From an uncultured virus (IMG/VR IMGVR_UViG_3300027976_000026) (Duplodnaviria > Heunggongvirae > Uroviricota > Caudoviricetes > Straboviridae), in IMG/VR virus record IMGVR_UViG_3300027976_000026: a DNA stretch of 64,000 nucleotides. The stretch is one strand, 5' to 3'. Shown here piece by piece: positions 1-8,911 of the stretch. The notes under the pieces are model-generated. The model was given only the letters and a program-made list of their open reading frames with translations. It did not search any database and was not told where the DNA came from. Numbering within the stretch: the first letter of the stretch is position 1; the number at the start of each line of letters is the position of its first letter. A program made the translations under genes and the position numbers.

Positions 1-126
1 CCGATCAGTTTTGGTCCAACGCCAACATTAGGGCCGATCAGTTTTGGTCCAACGCCAACATTAGGTCCGATCAGTTTTGGTCCAACGCCAACATTAGGTC
101 CGATCAGTTTTGGTCCAACGCCAACG
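1..126 (+). repeat. 33-bp coding tandem repeat (about 4 copies in the window)
   Basis: Unit CCGATCAGTTTTGGTCCAACGCCAACATTAGG(G/T) encoding PISFGPTPTLG; no spacers. Confidence 0.95.
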
Positions 127-801
127 GTGTCTGTGAATTGGGGTACGCCGCCAACTTGTTCCTGTACCGTTACTATCAGTTGTCCTAGTGGTGGAGGTGG
201 ACCTTCTGCGTTTCGTGCTGCGTCAATGGCTCTAAATGATGGATTGTCTAGCGACTTTGATCCTATTGAAGTTCAAATGACTGACTTGGGCATTCCTTCA
301 GAAATCTTCTTGAGAGTTCCAGAGATTCCCGACATTAGGGTATTGCATGACATACCGCAGATTATTCGAGTAGAGGCCCCAAAAATTCCAGACATCAAGA
401 TCATTGGGCCTGCTACTCCTTTGCCATCAGAGATTAGGATTGTCTCAGATAGCATTCCTTCATTTATTGAACTGGTTGCGTATAGTCTGCCAAAATCAAT
501 CATTTTGGACACAGCTAGTTTGCCACGCTCAATTAAGCTGGAAGTGCCGGAATCATTCCCGTCTATCAAAATTGATGCGAGTGGTATACCTACCTCAATT
601 CAGGTTGTTGGAATTCCATCATCCATTGAATTGATTGGCGCACCATCTGAAATTAGATTGGTAATGCCTGAAAAGCCAGAAATAGAACTGGTTTACAAGG
701 GTGCGCCAATTGATGTTAAGATCAACTTAGACATCAGCCGATTAACAGGAGATGATGGCAATGCGCAGTGCGTTGCTATTGTGCCATGCACGCCAAAGTA
801 A
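1..801 (+). CDS. 5'-partial Pro/Ile-rich repetitive protein, probably virion structural
   Basis: Frame 1 is open from base 1 (PISFGPTPTLG repeats) into the 127..801 ORF; C-terminal region has repeated (I/L)PxxIx motifs. Confidence 0.6.
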   Translation, partial: PISFGPTPTLGPISFGPTPTLGPISFGPTPTLGPISFGPTPTVSVNWGTPPTCSCTVTISCPSGGGGPSAFRAASMALNDGLSSDFDPIEVQMTDLGIPSEIFLRVPEIPDIRVLHDIPQIIRVEAPKIPDIKIIGPATPLPSEIRIVSDSIPSFIELVAYSLPKSIILDTASLPRSIKLEVPESFPSIKIDASGIPTSIQVVGIPSSIELIGAPSEIRLVMPEKPEIELVYKGAPIDVKINLDISRLTGDDGNAQCVAIVPCTPK

Positions 802-1669
802 CATGAGAATAAAAAAACACTCTAACGGCAATCAATATTTGTTGACCCCCCAAAACAAGTGGGTTCGCAATTTCACTGCCAACAATGTTCAATATATTGA
901 CATCAACAATACCATTGATGTCAAAGATCATTTTGCATTCCTACAAAATGAAGTGCAAAATGGTTTTCAAAGAAACCAATGGATTGATTCAGAACAAATT
1001 CATCATCCCGATGTTGTGATTGTATCCGATGGCTATGGATTCAAAGAGAAACAAAAGATTCTCAGTAAATTGCCAAAAAATATAACCATAATAGGCGTGA
1101 ATGGCTCTTTGTCTAAATGGGAAATCACAAACAGAAACATTAACTATTATGTGGTTAACAATCCGTATGACGAGTGCATGAAATACTTGCCACGGCGAGG
1201 AAAGGTTTTGCCAAAGTGTATAGCATCACCTAGAACTAACCATGAGTTTCTGAGCAACTACAGAGGGACCAAAATGAGGTACTATCCTGTAGGCGAGCAG
1301 AGCTACACCACGCTTGGTGCGAAAGAAGTGCAATGGCAAGTAGACGATTATCGCAACCCAATTTGTGCGGCCATTGGATTGGCCTACCGATTCGGAGCAG
1401 AACGCTTAATGTTGTTTTGCTGCGACGACTCGTTTAAGGATGAACGACCAGGGGCAGTACAATTGGAAAACGGATTGTGGATGTACCCACAACACGAAGT
1501 TGCACACGGTTTAATTGATGGCAATTTATACTGGCTGGGGAGCCAGCGATACCAAGAAGTCTTAACAGGCGATTGCTCAAGCGGACCAAACTACACAAAT
1601 GCTTCATACATAGAAGAAGATAAGATATTATCCTTCTTCGGGGTTGAGAATAATGAACAAACGGAGTGA
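752..1669 (+). CDS. Rossmann-like protein, possible glycosyltransferase (MAF/DUF115-like); true start probably 803
   Basis: VVIVSDG..F, ITIIGVNGS, NPICAAIGLAYRFGAERLMLFCCD resembles the AxxLAxxLGAxxIxLxGxD pattern of MAF/MptE-like proteins. Confidence 0.5.
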   Translation: MMAMRSALLLCHARQSNMRIKKHSNGNQYLLTPQNKWVRNFTANNVQYIDINNTIDVKDHFAFLQNEVQNGFQRNQWIDSEQIHHPDVVIVSDGYGFKEKQKILSKLPKNITIIGVNGSLSKWEITNRNINYYVVNNPYDECMKYLPRRGKVLPKCIASPRTNHEFLSNYRGTKMRYYPVGEQSYTTLGAKEVQWQVDDYRNPICAAIGLAYRFGAERLMLFCCDDSFKDERPGAVQLENGLWMYPQHEVAHGLIDGNLYWLGSQRYQEVLTGDCSSGPNYTNASYIEEDKILSFFGVENNEQTE

Positions 1670-1967
1670 CGAAAAGGGTGATCCCTTCGGACCATTTAAC
1701 TTTGGTGATTTCAAAAAGTGGATGGAACATCAGCAAGATACTAAGGCTAAACCAAACATGGTTGGTCTACAGGTTGAATCTAAAGTCGCATTCAAGAAAT
1801 TGCTGTCTCGTATAGAAACGCAAGATGGTGAAATTGAAGAAGTTGCCAGAGACTTCAAAAAGAACGGTGGAACCATAACCAGTGTTGATGGACACAATGT
1901 TCTTGTTGAAGTTGATAGTGGCTCTTTCATGATTCATAGAATGTACATCAAGAGAGAAGACGACTAA
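1656..1967 (+). CDS. hypothetical protein
   Basis: ORF overlapping the previous stop; small beta-rich C-terminus. Confidence 0.6.
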   Translation, partial: NKRSDEKGDPFGPFNFGDFKKWMEHQQDTKAKPNMVGLQVESKVAFKKLLSRIETQDGEIEEVARDFKKNGGTITSVDGHNVLVEVDSGSFMIHRMYIKREDD

Positions 1968-2332
1968 ACTCCTTTTCTAAGCATTGTTGTCTTTATTGGA
2001 AGATGTGACATATTGACGGTTGGTACCTGTACTGCCGCTGGCACGAATTCAGGTTGTGCGCTAACCGGAATGTTTGAAAATCCTCTGATTTTAAGACTTG
2101 AACGAAAATATTCAAATGAATCGGACGATTCAATCCAAGGCTCCCACAACATTCGTGAGTCAAAGATGATTTGCTCTAATTGAGCTTCCCAACCAACTGG
2201 TAGCTGCAATGGGCCTAAATCATCGACTCGAACGGCCATTTGTGTTCGTCCTTGAAATTTAGCTAGGATTCTAATGCCAGTTTTATCTCTTCTTCCAAGA
2301 TAGAGATATAGATTATTCGTCTTTATTGCCAT
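1964..2332 (-). CDS. conserved hypothetical phage protein (LYLYLxRRDK...RMLWEPW)
   Basis: A diverged second copy at 2391-2582 conserves the motifs, supporting a real gene; likely start MAIKTNN at 2332. Confidence 0.75.
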   Translation of the reverse strand: MAIKTNNLYLYLGRRDKTGIRILAKFQGRTQMAVRVDDLGPLQLPVGWEAQLEQIIFDSRMLWEPWIESSDSFEYFRSSLKIRGFSNIPVSAQPEFVPAAVQVPTVNMSHLPIKTTMLRKGV

Positions 2333-2582
2333 CTTTCTTTTCCTCGGCATCTTTATCTTTGATGCCTAAAAGTGCCTTTAGAATTTCTTCAACTATGTTC
2401 GTATATCCCCTGATCTTGAGCGAGGCCCTGAGTTCTTCAAACGTGTTCGCCGACTCCACCCACGGCTCCCACAGCATTCTGGCGTCGTAGATGATCTGCG
2501 TGATCTGCCCGTCCAGGATGCGGATGCCGCTCTTATCTCGGCGGGCCAGATACAGGTACAAATCACTTACTAGCTGGGGCAT
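2313..2582 (-). pseudogene. GC-rich, internally deleted homolog of the 1964..2332 gene fused to a resident C-terminus
   Basis: MPQLVSDLYLYLARRDKSGIRIL|DGQITQIIYDARMLWEPW lacks about 25 aa present in the neighbour; 2401-2580 is about 57% GC by hand count. Confidence 0.65.
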
Positions 2583-3297
2583 CGGGCTTCTCCTGATAAA
2601 CCGCCACTGTCCTGCAAAAATCAAGGAAGTCAGAGTCAGTCATGTTTTGTTTCATCTTGTTAATCGTTTTATGTAACCATTGCACATTTCCAACAAGGTA
2701 ACCTTTGCCAGAATCTATTCGATCTAAGGAAGCCGTGGTTTCTTCAGAGTAGTAGCTGCCGAATTTCAAAGGCATTCCACTCAATGTGCATCTTCTGTTC
2801 TGGAGTAAGAATAATTCCCAAGCGTACTCCACAGTGATCTCGACAAGAAGTTGTTTGTTTGACCTTTTCGCATTCCTCAATATGCGTTTCCAATGGGTGT
2901 TGCTGATTTCGCCGTGGCCTTTCCAGTTGGCATGACGAACTCCATACTTGTATTTGCATTCATTGCAACACTTACTTTGGCCCAATCTAAGCGCTGTGCC
3001 TGTGACGGTGGAAGAATGACCACATTCACATACTACACACCAACAAGACTTACCCTTATAAGAAGCAGCTTTTTCGAGAACCGACCATTTGCCAAATTTC
3101 ACACCGACCAGATTCCTACCTGCTTCTTTAGCCCAATATCTCGAAACAGCCCGTCTTCGTGGAACGCCATACTCCTTCAACCTTCTATTTATGGTCGTTT
3201 TTGGACAACCGCTTTCTTTGGCGATTTCGTCTAGCGTCTTCTGCTTTTTCACATACTCACTTATCAGGTAGCGTTTGTCTACTTGCTGGTGTTTCAT
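2563..3297 (-). mobile_element. free-standing HNH-like homing endonuclease with N-terminal HTH and Zn ribbon
   Basis: TLDEIAKESGCPKTTINRRLKEYG (HTH); GVKFGKWSV..CVVCECGH; CTLSG..TASLDRIDSGKGYLVGNVQWLHKTINKMK (His-Me finger variant). Confidence 0.85.
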
Positions 3298-3454
3298 TTG
3301 TTTTTGCCTCACCAGTATAATATGATGGACGTAGAAGTTCTTCCAATAGAATTTCCAAGATAATTTTATTGTAAACATCGTCCGGGCCAAACTCTTTTGC
3401 AAAAGCCTGAAACGCATTCACTCCAGCAATAGCTTCATTATGGTTTTTACTCAT
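3257..3454 (-). CDS. small protein, probably interrupted by the HNH cassette
   Basis: N-terminus MSKNHNE...KIILEILLEE can be joined in frame to EILKALLGIKDKD..KDE at 2313-2390 through an imperfect direct repeat. Confidence 0.5.
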   Translation of the reverse strand: MSKNHNEAIAGVNAFQAFAKEFGPDDVYNKIILEILLEELLRPSYYTGEAKTNETPASRQTLPDK

Positions 3455-4070
3455 GCCACTACCTTTACCTCAGTACGCCAAAGTCAAAGACAACTATTGT
3501 ATAGCCTACTTCGGCAATAACAAAGAACACTTGGTTCAGTTAAAGTTGCTCCGGCCTTATATGGAGGCCGCTTTTCTCGGCGTCAAGGTTTACTTGTCGT
3601 GTCGAGAAGACTCAGCTTATTTACTCAAAGGTGAAGAGAGAATAATCACACGAGAGGAATTAAAGGAAAATAAACATCTATTTGGATACATTCGTGAATT
3701 GTTATGTGACATGCAGTCACATCCAGTAGAGGAATTCATGAATGAATCTGACATCAGATATGGACCGATTCGTGTAGAACAACCTTTGAAAAACAAAAAA
3801 TGTGTTCTTTTAACAAATGGCGTGACGCCTGTTGGTTCCCTTACAGGAAACCAAATCAAATTGGCAATTTCTCACATTCAAAACAAAGGCTACCAACCAG
3901 AAATCAATGGAACGACTGAAGATGCTGGATGGGTGGTCGGTGTAGAAAACGAACAATTCTACAACGCTGCCGCCATTGGCAGGGCCGTTACGTTAATTCC
4001 AACGGGATTTGGTGAAAATATGTTCAAGAAACTCTTCCCTAGCGGACAAATCCTCAAGCTACCTGCATAG
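3453..4070 (+). CDS. hypothetical protein, possible degenerate GT-B fold
   Basis: LxPxxxAxFxGxxVYL at the N-terminus and WVVGVENE..YNAAAIGRAVTLI near the C-terminus resemble GT9 architecture. Confidence 0.4.
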   Translation: MPLPLPQYAKVKDNYCIAYFGNNKEHLVQLKLLRPYMEAAFLGVKVYLSCREDSAYLLKGEERIITREELKENKHLFGYIRELLCDMQSHPVEEFMNESDIRYGPIRVEQPLKNKKCVLLTNGVTPVGSLTGNQIKLAISHIQNKGYQPEINGTTEDAGWVVGVENEQFYNAAAIGRAVTLIPTGFGENMFKKLFPSGQILKLPA

Positions 4071-4127
4071 CTAATGTGAAGTTAGGGGAATCACACACAA
4101 CTCTGTTACACTCTTAGGAGAAAACAC

Positions 4128-4742
4128 ATGAGCGTATTTAAGGTAGCTTTGAACAGCATTGCTCAGGGATATATGGACCTGAACCCTGCTACAGCAACAT
4201 CAATTTCGGGATTGGACCACAGCCAATTGGGCGCAGGAATGAGTCCTTCCATTCAGCGTACAATCTACGTTTCTGGACCGAATCACACATATCGTAATTT
4301 GAAGGACGGCGAGCAGTTCACCGACTGCAACTACTGGAAGCGTTTTGCTTATCCACAGGTCGCATTGGCTGACGCCTTCATTGAAGTCGTTACCGATGAC
4401 GGTTCTGTATACAGCGACGTTTCGGACGAGAATGTATTCCCGAAGGTTTACAACCTGTCTGTAGTCAATGGTACAACCTACACGGCTAACGTCGTAGACA
4501 TTCTTGGCGACACAGGCGGTTTCGCAGTGTTCGTACAGATTGCCAACCAGGGCGGCACTGCTGTCAAGGTTCGTCTGAACGGCACAGCAAACGCAATCTT
4601 CGATCTTGGTGCTGGCGAAACCCAGGTCTTCAACCACGGCGACCTCTCGGTCACTAAGTTGGAGTTCGCAAACACTGTTTCTGGTGGAGCCACCACAACA
4701 GTTCAGGTTCTTGTCTCTGTCAAGAGCGTCTGCAATAGCTAA
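4128..4742 (+). CDS. probable abundant virion structural/decoration protein
   Basis: AGGAG RBS, codon usage like the capsid gene, beta-rich G/T/V composition, followed by a strong terminator. Confidence 0.55.
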   Translation: MSVFKVALNSIAQGYMDLNPATATSISGLDHSQLGAGMSPSIQRTIYVSGPNHTYRNLKDGEQFTDCNYWKRFAYPQVALADAFIEVVTDDGSVYSDVSDENVFPKVYNLSVVNGTTYTANVVDILGDTGGFAVFVQIANQGGTAVKVRLNGTANAIFDLGAGETQVFNHGDLSVTKLEFANTVSGGATTTVQVLVSVKSVCNS

Positions 4743-4763
4743 TTGGATTCTTTGAATTTCAGG

Positions 4764-4797
4764 CCCCGGTAGGAACCTTCCTACCGGGGTTTTTTTA
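4764..4797 (+). terminator. rho-independent terminator
   Basis: CCCCGGTAGG-AACCTT-CCTACCGGGG followed by a T run. Confidence 0.85.
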
Positions 4798-4817
4798 TTG
4801 ACACACTCTATCAAAGC

Positions 4818-5804
4818 ATGGGACAACTTCGCAAACCAGCCGCCATTTCTAAACCTAAGCCATTAAGCATTAGGGACTTCTACAACAAACGAAATCGCAT
4901 CCTGGTATGGCATGACAAAGGCGGATTAGGCGATGTGTTGATGCAGCGAATGATGTTCGCCGATTTCAAATCTATATGTCCAGATGCCGATTTGATTTTT
5001 GCTTGTTTGCCAGAATACATGGACGCTGCCAAAGACCACCCTTGTATTAGTGAAGTAATTGATTCTAGGACGGTGAACGTCAACGACTATACCAATCATT
5101 ACAACACTTGCGTTTCTATTGCAGATAGGTATGAAAACCTAAATGCTCCTTTTTGTTTAGAACACAGAGCCGATATATGGGCTAAATATTGCGGCGTCAC
5201 TTTGACTAAACACGAAATGCAATTCAGATTTAATCCAGCATTCCTAGAACATTGCCGCAAGCGATTGAGAGCAATCGCTCCTGAAAGCAAGCCAACAGTA
5301 TTGTTTGCGCCAGTATCAAAAATGGCAGTCAAAACACTATTGCCATTTCAAATTCAAGCCGTAGTAGATGCCACAAAAGATTGCAATTTAATTGGACTAC
5401 ATAACAAAGAGATAGCCGAACTTACCCGCCTGGGACTGCCCGGCGTATATGGTGCTACTCTCAAAGAGTGGATGGGATACATTGCAGTAGCAGATTATGT
5501 CATATCTGTTGATACTGCAACTTTTCACATGGCTGGAGGGCTTAAAAAGCCGCTTGTGGGCATTTTTACATTTGCAGATGGAAAGGCTTATGGGAAGTAT
5601 TTCGACTTCGTGTTGGTTCAGAAACATCGGGACAACGGCAATTGGGATTGTGGACCATGTTTCAAATTTGGCGACTGTCCAAAGTGCAACAAGGCTCAAA
5701 AACCCTGTTTAACTGAATTAAGTCGAGAAGAATTGCAGACCGGAATCAAACAGATGTTTGAAAGATGTCCATTCAATCAAAAGACGCCTTTATTGCAATT
5801 TTGA
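4818..5804 (+). CDS. GT9 (ADP-heptose:LPS heptosyltransferase-like) glycosyltransferase
   Basis: GGLGDVLM; ADYVISVDTATFHMAGGLKKPLVGIF; Cys-rich C-terminus CGPCF..CPKC..PCL. Confidence 0.85.
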   Translation: MGQLRKPAAISKPKPLSIRDFYNKRNRILVWHDKGGLGDVLMQRMMFADFKSICPDADLIFACLPEYMDAAKDHPCISEVIDSRTVNVNDYTNHYNTCVSIADRYENLNAPFCLEHRADIWAKYCGVTLTKHEMQFRFNPAFLEHCRKRLRAIAPESKPTVLFAPVSKMAVKTLLPFQIQAVVDATKDCNLIGLHNKEIAELTRLGLPGVYGATLKEWMGYIAVADYVISVDTATFHMAGGLKKPLVGIFTFADGKAYGKYFDFVLVQKHRDNGNWDCGPCFKFGDCPKCNKAQKPCLTELSREELQTGIKQMFERCPFNQKTPLLQF

Positions 5805-5970
5805 CATCTAGTACCCGCACGGAAATTATTCCGACTAATAAGAGATTCTGTGCCACGATGACATAAATATGTCATCGGATGCAGATCGCCGATGTAATGC
5901 TCTGCGAGCAGAAAACAACCTTTTCTGCAAAGACTTCTTGTAGTTCTATCAATGTCTTTTTAGTAGGCAT
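5777..5970 (-). pseudogene. frameshifted remnant of a homing-endonuclease Zn-ribbon DNA-binding repeat
   Basis: MPTKKTLIELQEVFAE, then after a 1-nt shift at GAAAAGG: KGCFLLAEHYIGDLHPMTYLCHRGTESLISRNNFRAGTRCQNC. Confidence 0.55.
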
Positions 5971-6003
5971 TTTTAATCTTCAAGTGAATAACTACTTTAT
6001 TGT

Positions 6004-6261
6004 ATGGTTGATGGAGATATTTTTGTGCCACAGCTAATTAAACCAGGATCGGTCAAAATCACGACCCAAGATGGGGAAGTCCAAGTGACAATTGCCTTGG
6101 AGCTAACCATAAATCTAAACACGGATGGTGTTAAGGTTTATGCACAAGCAGTGGAACAGAAAAAAGAAGAAATTCAACAAGAAATTCAACAAGAAAAGGA
6201 TGAATGGATGATTCCTGATTTTGGAGCTTCTCCTAAACTTGATTTCGGAAAACGGGAGTAA
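6004..6261 (+). CDS. small hypothetical protein directly upstream of the actin-like gene
   Basis: Stop lies 3 nt before the next start; its 3' end carries the GGAG RBS for the next gene. Confidence 0.65.
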   Translation: MVDGDIFVPQLIKPGSVKITTQDGEVQVTIALELTINLNTDGVKVYAQAVEQKKEEIQQEIQQEKDEWMIPDFGASPKLDFGKRE

Positions 6262-6264
6262 ATT

Positions 6265-7269
6265 ATGCCAATTGGATTTGACTGCGGAACATTCAATCTC
6301 GTCTGCTGCCACAGAGACGATAAAGGGGACTTCGTATACAAGAGAGAAGTCAATGCTTTCTTGGAACTCCCATTGGATAATCGTTTCGTCTTCAACATGA
6401 TGAAGACAGCGGGCGTGCCATTGATTGAACGAGACAAGGTTGCTTATGCTTTGGGCGAGGCGGCTTGCAATATGACTTACACAATGAGCCAGCTTGAACT
6501 CAAACGTCCCATGATTCACGGATGTGTCAATCCAAAAGAAAAAGACGCATTCCAGATTATGTCGATCATGATTCACTCATTGATTGATGGAATTACAAAA
6601 GATGGGGAGACGCTTTACTATTGCGTACCAGCCAATGCCATCAATGAAGATACAGACGCCGATTATCATCAAAGAATCCTTGAAGCAATCTTCAAGGCAT
6701 ACAAGGATGAAACGGGTCGCAAAGTAGATGCACACCCAATCAACGAAGCCCTAGCCCTGGTCTATGCAGAACTTGGAAAGAAGGCGTTTACGGGCATTGG
6801 TGTGAGTTTTGGTGCTGGCATGGTTAATCTATGTTATGCGATGTATGGAAATCCTGTTTTCGCTTTTTCGATTGTCAACTCAGGCGATTGGATCGACCGT
6901 CAAGCTGCTAAAGCAACGGGCGAGTCAATCTCTTTCATCAATAAAGAAAAAACGAAAATTGATTTGACTAAAGCTCCCGCCTCGTTGGTGGAACGGGCTA
7001 TTCATACTCAATACAGGCTGATGATAGAACATACCGTACAGGGAATCAAGAAAGGTTTTGCAGACATTACCAAATCGGTTCGTGCCGACGCTCCGGTTGA
7101 CGTGGTAATTGCTGGTGGAACATCTTCTCCTTATGGTTTTGCTACTATCTTCAAGGAAACGATTCAGCAGGCCGACTTGCCAATCAAGATCGGAGAGATC
7201 ATTAAACCTAATGATCCGTTATACAGTGTTGCTCGTGGCTGTCTGCTGGCAGCGGAAGCAGCAAAGTAA
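6265..7269 (+). CDS. actin-fold ATPase (MreB/ParM/MamK superfamily)
   Basis: Phosphate-1 IGFDCGTFN, connect-1 INEALA, phosphate-2 GVSFGAGMVN, adenosine VVIAGGTS, connect-2 SVARG. Confidence 0.85.
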   Translation: MPIGFDCGTFNLVCCHRDDKGDFVYKREVNAFLELPLDNRFVFNMMKTAGVPLIERDKVAYALGEAACNMTYTMSQLELKRPMIHGCVNPKEKDAFQIMSIMIHSLIDGITKDGETLYYCVPANAINEDTDADYHQRILEAIFKAYKDETGRKVDAHPINEALALVYAELGKKAFTGIGVSFGAGMVNLCYAMYGNPVFAFSIVNSGDWIDRQAAKATGESISFINKEKTKIDLTKAPASLVERAIHTQYRLMIEHTVQGIKKGFADITKSVRADAPVDVVIAGGTSSPYGFATIFKETIQQADLPIKIGEIIKPNDPLYSVARGCLLAAEAAK

Positions 7270-7292
7270 ATTAGAAAAAGGATGAGAACCAA

Positions 7293-8342
7293 ATGAATGA
7301 AGTAACAACAGAAAATACAGATCGCTTTTATGTGCCAGAATCAATTGCTGATGAGTACAAAGAAAAAGCAACCATCGTGACAAATGCCAATCTCGATGAA
7401 AAAAAATACTATCCTATGTTGGAATATGCTCCAGAACCTCAACACATGATTGAATCTAAAACAAAACACTTGAGATTCACCGTTGGGAAAAAGTATCCAG
7501 TCATTGAAAAGAGACATGAATATACTGGTTGTAAAGCGAATTATGGATTCAAGACTTTGAACGACAAAGAAGAGAATGTTTGGGTTGATGAAAAATATTT
7601 CATTTTAGCAAATTCTCTAAGGTATGAAGAAGAAGTCGGCGGATTTACACCAAAGGGAGACAATCTGGTTTGGGATGCTGTCGCTGAAGATGGAATTGTT
7701 AATCTGTGTGATATTCGGAAAATGGCTTCTGAAAAGAACGTCAAACCACTCGAAGTAGGCAACGACGGACTGAAGTACATCGCCGAAAATATGAATCGCT
7801 TTTATGTACCAGAAATAATTGCTATGCCTGAAAAGCCAGAAATAGAACTGGTTTACAAGGGTGAGCCAATTGATGTTAAGATCAACTTAGACATCGACGG
7901 ACTGAAGGACAGCATCACCGAAAATATGACTCTTTCGGGAATCATCGGCGCTCGAAGCACAGGATTTAGTCACAATAATTTATGGACTTGCCGCAAAGAT
8001 AAAAAACCCGTAAAGCAAAGCACCTTCAACGAAGGCGTCGTAAAAGACGACGGGAACGAATTGATGAACAATGCCACAAAATGTATGGCAGCAATTGACA
8101 AGGTTTTTGGATACAACAAGATTGTAGACCCAGATGGAATTATCACAGCAATTGCTGTAAATGTTCCTCATCTATGTTTACAATGGGATAACGATGTTCT
8201 TTGTGTTAGCGGTGTGAAAACAAAGATTGCATACAAAGAAGTTCAAGCTGCGTACAGTGGATTGAAAGGTCTAGTTTCTGTCAAAATTGCAGAAAGGACC
8301 ATAGGAAAGCTGGTTGCAGGCCAGTTGAAGAAAGTATTCTAA
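7293..8342 (+). CDS. hypothetical mosaic protein
   Basis: Long ORF with internal duplications and a 72-bp copy of 664-735. Confidence 0.65.
   Translation: MNEVTTENTDRFYVPESIADEYKEKATIVTNANLDEKKYYPMLEYAPEPQHMIESKTKHLRFTVGKKYPVIEKRHEYTGCKANYGFKTLNDKEENVWVDEKYFILANSLRYEEEVGGFTPKGDNLVWDAVAEDGIVNLCDIRKMASEKNVKPLEVGNDGLKYIAENMNRFYVPEIIAMPEKPEIELVYKGEPIDVKINLDIDGLKDSITENMTLSGIIGARSTGFSHNNLWTCRKDKKPVKQSTFNEGVVKDDGNELMNNATKCMAAIDKVFGYNKIVDPDGIITAIAVNVPHLCLQWDNDVLCVSGVKTKIAYKEVQAAYSGLKGLVSVKIAERTIGKLVAGQLKKVF
7824..7895 (+). repeat. 72-bp dispersed repeat of 664..735 (1 mismatch)
   Basis: ATGCCTGAAAAGCCAGAAATAGAACTGGTTTACAAGGGTG(C/A)GCCAATTGATGTTAAGATCAACTTAGACATC at both sites. Confidence 0.95.
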
Positions 8343-8418
8343 GAATAAGAGAACACATCCCGCACTCAATTTGGGTGCGGGATTTGGGTGCGGGATTTAT
8401 AGAAAAGAAAGGCTAGAA

Positions 8419-8877
8419 ATGAAAAAGAACCAGAAGAGTGTTAGCGACCTTGGGGCCGCAGCATATTTGTTAATGCACGAAATTAAGGTCATTGGTCGTC
8501 GAGGCAAGGATATTTACTTCTTGCTTACAGAGGATCATACGTCTGAGAAGTTTGACCAGTTAACCCTTGATTATTTGTCAAGTGAATTTCACCGATTTGA
8601 TGCTTGCATCATGTCGCTGAAAAAGATCGGCGAATACAACTTTGAAACGAGGAATCATCGCTTCGTTACTGATTTGGGCGCTGCTGCTTATATTCTCATG
8701 CACAAATACAAGGTTGTAGGTAAAAAGGGCAAAGCAATCTACTTTGAATTAGACGATGAGATTTCGGACAAATTTGATGAAGTTGCTCTGGACTACATCT
8801 CCAGCGATTATCACCGATTCGATTCTTGCCTAATGTCCCTGAAAAAGATTGGGGAATACGTTAGCGATCATAACTAA
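8419..8877 (+). CDS. tandem two-domain protein (DUF5659-like)
   Basis: Two ~72-aa repeats (S/T)DLGAAAY(L/I)LMH...FD(A/S)C(I/L)MSLKKIGEY; start moved to MKKNQK. Confidence 0.6.
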   Translation: MKKNQKSVSDLGAAAYLLMHEIKVIGRRGKDIYFLLTEDHTSEKFDQLTLDYLSSEFHRFDACIMSLKKIGEYNFETRNHRFVTDLGAAAYILMHKYKVVGKKGKAIYFELDDEISDKFDEVALDYISSDYHRFDSCLMSLKKIGEYVSDHN

Positions 8878-8911
8878 TCTCAGCAGAGATATATAAGGGC
8901 AAGGAGAAATC

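Noticed and set aside
1..126. 33-bp repeats as a CRISPR array
   Set aside because: Units are contiguous with no spacers and are in frame with a coding sequence.
8356..8397. ORF start at 8371 and the TTTGGGTGCGGGA duplication as a special element
   Set aside because: Better read as a hairpin (ATCCCGCAC...GTGCGGGAT) with one arm duplicated; the gene more plausibly starts at 8419.
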